This document shows positions 52,573-57,682 of a stretch of DNA of 57,682 nucleotides, piece by piece. Made by a program: the position numbers and the translations under genes. The stretch comes from Thermoleophilaceae bacterium (GTDB lineage Bacteria; Actinomycetota; Thermoleophilia; Solirubrobacterales; Thermoleophilaceae): assembly GCA_035646775.1 (NCBI GenBank), contig DASROS010000159.1, positions 1 to 57,682 of the forward strand. Reading direction: 5' to 3'. The notes beneath the pieces are model-generated. The model worked only from the letters and a program-made list of their open reading frames with translations. It did no database searches and was not told the DNA's origin. Position 1 is the first letter of the stretch; each line of letters opens with the position of its first letter.

Positions 52573-54038
52573 TGGCGATCGCAACCAAGGAACAGCAGGT
52601 CATAGACGAGGTCCAGAAGGGCCTGTTCATCGGGGGCGAGTGGCGCGACGCCTCCGAGGGACGGACGCTCCCGGTGGACGATCCCGCCACCGGCGAGGCG
52701 CTGTGCGAGGTGGCCGACGCCAACGCGACCGACGCGAATGCCGCCCTCGACGCCGCCTGCGAGGCGCAGGCCGGCTGGGCCGCCACGCCCCCGCGTGACC
52801 GCGGCGAGATCCTGCGCGCCGCCTTCGAGGAGATCTCCGAGCGCACGGACGAGCTGGCGCTGCTGATGACCCTGGAGATGGGCAAGACCGTGAAGGAGTC
52901 CGCCTCCGAGATCACCTACGCCGCCGAGTTCTTCCGCTGGTACGCCGAGGAGGCGGTCCGCATCGAGGGCCGCTACCAGGTGGCCCAGAACGGCGCCGGC
53001 CGCGTGCTCACGATGAAGCAGCCCGTGGGGCCGTGCCTGATGATCACGCCCTGGAACTTCCCGCTGGCCATGGGCACCCGCAAGATCGGCCCGGCCGTGG
53101 CCGCCGGCTGCACGATGGTGGTCAAGCCGGCCAAGCTCACGCCGCTCTCGATGCTCGCGTTGGCCGACATCCTTGACCGCGCCGGGCTGCCCGACGGCGT
53201 GCTCAACGTGATCACCGCTTCGTCGGCGGGAGAGACCACCGGCCCCCTGATCGAGGATCCGCGGCTGCGCAAGCTCACCTTCACCGGATCCACGGAAGTG
53301 GGCCGCAAGCTGATCGCGGCGTCGGGCAAGAACGTGCTGCGCGTGTCGATGGAGCTGGGCGGCAACGCACCCTTCATCGTGTTCGAGGACGCCGACCTCG
53401 ACGCCGCCGTCGACGGCGCGATGCTGGCCAAGACGCGCAACGTGGGCGAGGCCTGCACCGCGGCCAACCGCTTCCACGTGGCGGCTTCGGTGGCCGACGA
53501 GTTCTCCAGGAAGTTCGCCGAGAAGATGGGTGCGCTGAAGGTGGGCCGAGGCACCGAGGACGACACCGACCTGGGCCCGCTGGTGGACGACGACACGCGC
53601 TCCAAGGTCGCCGAGCTGGTGGAGGATGCGGTCGGCAAGGGCGCCAAGGCGCTGGTGGGTGGCAACTCCCATGACGGGCCGGGCTACTTCTACGATCCCA
53701 CCGTTCTTGGCGACGTCCCCGACGACGCCCGCCTGCTGCGCGAGGAGATCTTCGGGCCTGTGGCGCCGATCACCACGTTCGACTCGGAGGAGGAGGCGAT
53801 CGCCAAGGCCAACGACACCGAGTACGGCCTGGTGGCCTACCTGTTCACGTCAGACCTGAAACGGGCCCTTCGCGTGTGCGAGGCGCTGGAGACCGGCATG
53901 GTCGGCCTCAACCAGGGCATGGTCTCCAACGCCGGCGCGCCCTTCGGCGGCATCAAGCAGTCCGGCTACGGCCGCGAGGGCGGTCCCGAGGGCATCGAGG
54001 AGTACCTCGAGACGAAGTACGTCGCCGTGAACCTTTAG
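52572..54038 (+). CDS. gabD: NAD(P)-dependent succinate-semialdehyde dehydrogenase-like ALDH
   Basis: ATG 52572 overlaps the upstream TGA by 1 nt (TGATG). ITPWNFPLAM, VVKPAKLTP, FTGSTEVGRKL, MELGGNAPFIVF, EACTAANRFHV. Confidence 0.8.
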   Translation: MAIATKEQQVIDEVQKGLFIGGEWRDASEGRTLPVDDPATGEALCEVADANATDANAALDAACEAQAGWAATPPRDRGEILRAAFEEISERTDELALLMTLEMGKTVKESASEITYAAEFFRWYAEEAVRIEGRYQVAQNGAGRVLTMKQPVGPCLMITPWNFPLAMGTRKIGPAVAAGCTMVVKPAKLTPLSMLALADILDRAGLPDGVLNVITASSAGETTGPLIEDPRLRKLTFTGSTEVGRKLIAASGKNVLRVSMELGGNAPFIVFEDADLDAAVDGAMLAKTRNVGEACTAANRFHVAASVADEFSRKFAEKMGALKVGRGTEDDTDLGPLVDDDTRSKVAELVEDAVGKGAKALVGGNSHDGPGYFYDPTVLGDVPDDARLLREEIFGPVAPITTFDSEEEAIAKANDTEYGLVAYLFTSDLKRALRVCEALETGMVGLNQGMVSNAGAPFGGIKQSGYGREGGPEGIEEYLETKYVAVNL

Positions 54039-54039
54039 C

Positions 54040-54166
54040 CGGGTTAGGAGGAAGGGCGGGGATTTTGTCCCCCCGGCTGACCCGCCATGGTTGCCTGATC
54101 CGGCCGAGGTGACTGCTCAGCGCATAGGTCAGGGGGGACAAAATCCGTCCCGTTCCTCCTAACCCG
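54040..54166. repeat. 127-nt imperfect palindrome (long hairpin; MITE-like or bidirectional terminator) between convergent genes
   Basis: Arms CGGGTTAGGAGGAA (54040-54053) and TTCCTCCTAACCCG (54153-54166) give 14 bp. A 6-nt internal mismatch follows, then GGATTTTGTCCCCCC (54060-54074) and GGGGGGACAAAATCC (54132-54146) give 15 bp. Five further bp pair TGACC (54078-54082) with GGTCA (54127-54131). The central loop is 44 nt. Confidence 0.85.
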
Positions 54167-54173
54167 TCAACAT

Positions 54174-55124
54174 CTAGGCGGGAGTAAGGCAGCGCCCGCG
54201 GCCCAGACGGGCGTCATCCGACAACGATCGCCCCGGCCACGTAGAGAACGTAGGCCACGAGCAAGAGGACTCCCTCGGGGCGCGCGAGATGGCCGCGGGC
54301 GAGCAGCCGCCCGCGAGGAGGGCGCTCACGGCCAGGGCGGGGAGGTGAAAGTCGACGACGCCCTCGGGGACCGCCAGCGGACGGACCAGCACGATCACCC
54401 CGAGCGAGGCGGTGAGCAGGAAGATCAGCGTGCCAAGCGCATTGCCGACGCTCAGCTCGGGGAACCCCCGGTAGGCCGGTAGCGACTCGAGCACCACCTC
54501 CTCGAAAGAGACGGCGGCAGCAACCACGAGCAGCCCGAACACGGTCTCCGAAAGCGCGAGCTCGTCAACCACCCGCTCGGTGCCGAAGATGAGCAGCTCG
54601 GCCCCGACGACCAGGCCAACCAGCCCGCCGCCGAGACGAAGCGCGAGGCGGTCGGGTCTGTCACCATCGGCGGCTGGGGCCGGGGTGCGTCGCGCGCGCA
54701 AGAGGATGGCAACGAGCGGGGGGAAGGCGAGGGCCAGTAGCGCGCCGTCGACCCGGGATAGGGCGCCGTCGGCGCTCAGCGCGATCGCCAGGGCGGTGGC
54801 CGCGCCGGCGGCTCCGAGGAGCGCGGGCGGCGTCCGCACTGAGAACGGGGCTACGAGCGCCGCGACTCCCAGGCCCACGGTCAGGAGAAAGATCGCCGCG
54901 CCGACCGAGGTGCCCAGCGCTGTGCCCGGAAGGTCGTCGAGGGTCGCCGCGACCCCGGCGGCGGTGGACTCGACATCGAAGCCGAGCACGAGGGCGCCGA
55001 GAACCACTCCGGAGATGCCGGCCGCCGCCGCCCACCCGCGCACCGCCTTCACGAGCCCCTCGACCGACTCGACCAGCAGCCAGACGCCGACGCCGAAGCA
55101 GCCGATGCCGACGGCGAGCGTCAC
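54174..55124 (-). CDS. Ca2+/cation antiporter (CaCA, YrbG-like) with an apparent frameshift in the last ~35 codons
   Basis: Two alpha-repeat regions (GFDVESTAAG..., SFEEVVLES...GNALGT). The track C-terminus (GGCSPAAISRAPRESSCSWPTF...) looks non-native. An alternative frame reads LLARGHLARPEGVLLLVAYVLYVAGAIVVG and stops at TGA 54214-54216. Confidence 0.7.
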   Translation of the reverse strand: MTLAVGIGCFGVGVWLLVESVEGLVKAVRGWAAAAGISGVVLGALVLGFDVESTAAGVAATLDDLPGTALGTSVGAAIFLLTVGLGVAALVAPFSVRTPPALLGAAGAATALAIALSADGALSRVDGALLALAFPPLVAILLRARRTPAPAADGDRPDRLALRLGGGLVGLVVGAELLIFGTERVVDELALSETVFGLLVVAAAVSFEEVVLESLPAYRGFPELSVGNALGTLIFLLTASLGVIVLVRPLAVPEGVVDFHLPALAVSALLAGGCSPAAISRAPRESSCSWPTFSTWPGRSLSDDARLGRGRCLTPA

Positions 55125-55675
55125 GGCGCCGTGCGCTCGAAGACCGCCGTCGAATAGCGGGCCAGGGCGTCCTGTGCCCGCTCGAGCGCTGCGCCGGCCT
55201 CCTCCGAGCCGGGGGCGCCATGCAGATCCCTGGTCGCGATCCGCTCATGCCAACGCGTGAGGCGCTCGAGCGCCGACTCCTCCTCGTCGAGCTCAGCGAG
55301 CGTGAACTTCTCGATCTCGAATTCGTGGTCGATCTCCGCGAGGAACTTTCCGCACTCAGAAACGAGCTCTGTGTACTCGGCTTCGCGGGCTTCATTCCAA
55401 GCGTCGAGAAGGCGCGTGCCGTCAGCGGCGACCAGCGGCTCGGCCCGCACAGCCAACGTCTCCCCGCCGACCTCGGAGACCAGCGCGCGGAGGCGCTCGA
55501 CCGCTCGGGAGAAGGTCGCGTGGTCAGGAAAAGCGACCACCGACTGCTGCAGCTGTAGAGCGCCCGAGCGGCGCACCTCCCGCCACACAGCCACACGCGC
55601 CGAGGAGCCGCCGCTTCCCAGTCGATAGGTCACGAGCACCCAACCCACGCGGCGAGTGTAACGCGCGTTGCACAA
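55121..55675 (-). CDS. ChrB N-terminal-domain-like protein
   Basis: WVLVTYRLGSGGSSARVAVWREVRRSGALQLQQSVVAFPD follows the ChrB_N pattern. Its stop overlaps the CaCA GTG start (GTGA). The track start is TTG 55675; a GTG at 55648 is an alternative. Confidence 0.6.
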   Translation of the reverse strand: MCNARYTRRVGWVLVTYRLGSGGSSARVAVWREVRRSGALQLQQSVVAFPDHATFSRAVERLRALVSEVGGETLAVRAEPLVAADGTRLLDAWNEAREAEYTELVSECGKFLAEIDHEFEIEKFTLAELDEEESALERLTRWHERIATRDLHGAPGSEEAGAALERAQDALARYSTAVFERTAP

Positions 55676-56300
55676 GCCGGCAACGCAAGCTAGGGTCGAG
55701 TCCTTGGATCTCGACCTCTACAAGTCCTGGAACGGGTTCGCGGACCGCCACGACGCGGTCGCCGACGTGCTGCGCTTCTTCGCCACCGACGGCCAGCTGC
55801 TCTTCCTCGCCCTCCTCGCCGCGCTGTTTTTCGCGCGGGGCAAGTGGCGCTCGCACAACGGGCGCCACGGCGTCGCCGCCGCAGGCTTCAGCGCCCTAAT
55901 TGCTCTCGGGACGGCCCAGCTGATCGCGACTGCCTGGGACCGTGCACGACCCTACGAGGCAAACCCGAGCGACTCCCACCTGCTGCTGCCACCCTCGCAC
56001 GACCCCTCATTTCCCTCCGACCACGCCACCGGCGCCTACGCCATCGCCGTCGCCATCCTCCTGCGCCACCGCAAGGCCGGGGCGATCGCCCTCATCCTCG
56101 CCACGCTGGTCTCGGTGTCACGCGTGGGACTTGGCACGCACTACCCGACCGATGCGCTCGGCGGCGCGACCCTGGGTGCGCTCAGCGCCCTTCTGCTCTG
56201 GGCCCCGCCCATACGGCGGCCTCTCCACAGACTCGCCGACCGCTCAGGCCAGCGCTACGAGCGCCTCATCCACCGGCCTGGCGCCCGCGCGCGCAGCTAG
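55668..56300 (+). CDS. PAP2 family phosphatase (second copy in the window)
   Basis: PAP2 motifs WDRARPY, PSFPSDHA, SRVGLGTHYPTD. The exact start is uncertain (TTG 55668 or a downstream TTG). Confidence 0.8.
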   Translation: MHKPATQARVESLDLDLYKSWNGFADRHDAVADVLRFFATDGQLLFLALLAALFFARGKWRSHNGRHGVAAAGFSALIALGTAQLIATAWDRARPYEANPSDSHLLLPPSHDPSFPSDHATGAYAIAVAILLRHRKAGAIALILATLVSVSRVGLGTHYPTDALGGATLGALSALLLWAPPIRRPLHRLADRSGQRYERLIHRPGARARS

Positions 56301-57619
56301 GCGCTCGACCCCCGCGCCATCTTCCGCAGGTCCAGCGCATCGTCCAGCGTCGCCTCGTCCACGCCCTTCTCGAGCGCCACCTCGCGGATCGTGCGCCTGG
56401 ACTCCGCCGCCTCCTTGACGATCTCGGTCGCCTTGTCGTAGCCGATGTGCGGGTTCAGCGCCGTGGCGATCGCCGGCGTCGACTCGGCGTGACGGCGCAG
56501 CGACTCCTCGTCGGCCTCCAGGCCGTCCACGCACTTCTCGGCGAACAGCCGGGCGCCCGAGGCGAGGATCGTGATCGAGTCGAGCAGGTTGCGCGCGATC
56601 ACGGGCACGCGCACGTTGAGCTCGAATGCCCCCTGGCTGCCGGCGATCGTGATCGCGGCGTCGTTGCCGATCACCTGCGCGCCGATCTGCAGGATCACCT
56701 CCGGGATCACCGGGTTCACCTTGCCGGGCATGATCGACGAGCCCTTCTGGAGCTCTGGCAGGCGCAGCTCGCTGAGGCCCGTCCGCGGGCCTGAGCCCAT
56801 CAGCACGAGGTCATTGGCGATCTTGGTGAGCGAGACCGCCACCACCTTCAGGGCACCGGACAGCTCGACGAGGGCGTCGCGGTTGGCCTGGGCCTCGAAC
56901 GGGTCGGCCGGGCCGGACACCTCGAGCCCGGTGCCGGAAGCCAGCTTCTCGCGCACGCCCGCGGCGAAGTCCGGGTGGGTGTTCAGCCCTGTGCCCGTGG
57001 CCGTGCCGCCGAGGGGGATCTGAAGGGCGCGGGGGAGTGCGTCGCGCACGCGATCGCCCCCGAGGCGGATCTGCGCGGCGTAGCCGGCGAACTCCTGGCC
57101 CAGCGTGACCGGCACGGCGTCCATCAGATGGGTGCGGCCGGCCTTCACCGTGTCGGCGAACTCCTGCGCCTTGGCCTCGAAGGACCTCTGGAGCGTCTCC
57201 AGCGCGGGCAGCAACTCGGACGTTGCCTCGGCCGCGGCGGCCAGGTGCACGGCCGACGGGAACACGTCGTTGGAGGACTGCCCCATGTTCACGTGGTCGT
57301 TGGGGTGCGCGCCGTCGCCGGCGAGGTTGGCGATCACCTCGTTGGCGTTCATGTTCGACGAGGTGCCCGAGCCGGTCTGAAAGACGTCGATCGGGAACTG
57401 GCCGTCGTGCTCGCCCTCGGCGACCTCGTCGCCGGCGGCGGCGATTCGCTCGGCCAGGTCGGGGTCGAGCAGGCCCAGCTCGGCGTTGGTGCGCGCCGCG
57501 GCCGCCTTCACCCGCCCGAGCATCCGCACCACCGCCACCGGCACGCGCTCGCCCGAGACCGGGAAGTTGTCTACCGCCTTGCTGGTCTCGGACCCCCACA
57601 GCTCCTGCTGCACCGCCAT
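56297..57619 (-). CDS. fumC: class II fumarate hydratase
   Basis: FQTGSGTSSNMNANEVIAN, MGQSSNDVFPSA, signature GSSIMPGKVNP. The N-terminus is shorter than a typical FumC. Confidence 0.88.
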   Translation of the reverse strand: MAVQQELWGSETSKAVDNFPVSGERVPVAVVRMLGRVKAAAARTNAELGLLDPDLAERIAAAGDEVAEGEHDGQFPIDVFQTGSGTSSNMNANEVIANLAGDGAHPNDHVNMGQSSNDVFPSAVHLAAAAEATSELLPALETLQRSFEAKAQEFADTVKAGRTHLMDAVPVTLGQEFAGYAAQIRLGGDRVRDALPRALQIPLGGTATGTGLNTHPDFAAGVREKLASGTGLEVSGPADPFEAQANRDALVELSGALKVVAVSLTKIANDLVLMGSGPRTGLSELRLPELQKGSSIMPGKVNPVIPEVILQIGAQVIGNDAAITIAGSQGAFELNVRVPVIARNLLDSITILASGARLFAEKCVDGLEADEESLRRHAESTPAIATALNPHIGYDKATEIVKEAAESRRTIREVALEKGVDEATLDDALDLRKMARGSSA

Positions 57620-57682
57620 CTGACTCCTTCGATCGCTGTCCGGACAACCTACCGCCGCGAGGGCGCCGGCCCTAGTGGTCGC

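Noticed and set aside
54087-54098. Tiny ORF (ATG GTT GCC TGA) inside the 127-nt hairpin, preceded by AGGAGG-like sequence in the arm
   Set aside because: It has three codons only. The AGGAGG is part of the inverted-repeat arm and about 35 nt away. There is no coding potential.
1-57682. CRISPR arrays, rRNA, transposases, integrases, phage structural genes, retron-like RT, or a restriction-modification or other multi-gene defence system
   Set aside because: I read the ORF track and intergenic regions for these. There are no regularly spaced repeats longer than two to three units, no rRNA-like conserved stretches, and no DDE/tyrosine/serine recombinase, RT, methylase or nuclease signatures. The only defence-like module is the MNT/HEPN pair.

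Overview
57.7-kb, very GC-rich segment (about 70% or more by eye, not computed). Gene content and GC3 codon bias suggest a high-GC Actinomycetota-like chromosome; the taxon is inference only. I call about 60 protein genes, one intact tRNA-Arg(CCT), two degenerate copies of that tRNA's 3' half, and several intergenic repeats and palindromes. No rRNA, CRISPR array, transposase, integrase or phage structural gene was recognised. Main blocks: (1) 1-2004: partial L,D-transpeptidase, a membrane protein, pyrE. (2) 2012-8431: two cargo modules bracketed by three direct copies of the tRNA-Arg 3' half. The first is an ice-binding-like/CAP secreted fusion. The second is a four-gene stop/start-overlapped operon: SBP56, a 46-aa TM peptide missing from the ORF track, TetR, and a hydrolase::glycosyltransferase fusion. 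(3) 8467-13794: hypothetical protein, GNAT::GalT fusion, TlpA-like lipoprotein, large SF2 helicase. (4) 13791-21432: one co-directional chain ccmABCD-hemA-hemC-cobA/hemD-DUF62-birA. (5) 21462-27963: PadR, mog-moaC-sirC, GNATs, ALDH, small membrane proteins. (6) 27960-32061: rarA, hydrolase, and a TetR divergent from an R2-like diiron::SCP2 fusion. (7) 32060-33098: a lower-GC MNT/HEPN toxin-antitoxin insert. (8) 33141-40187: housekeeping chain M20-DUF1385-NAPRT-short FtsH-mce-PAP2-ychF. (9) 40184-45560: MOSC, then spoIID-OmpR/HK-PepSY-secreted protein. (10) 45728-50915: divergent hydrolase::adenylate cyclase and MASE1-PAS-GGDEF-EAL genes. (11) 50926-57619: ALS-like TPP enzyme, gabD-like ALDH, a 127-nt hairpin/MITE-like repeat, a frameshifted CaCA exchanger coupled to a ChrB_N-like gene, PAP2, fumC. 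Most other long ORFs in the track are antisense or out-of-frame artefacts of the high GC content. All family calls rest on motifs read by eye; no database search was run.
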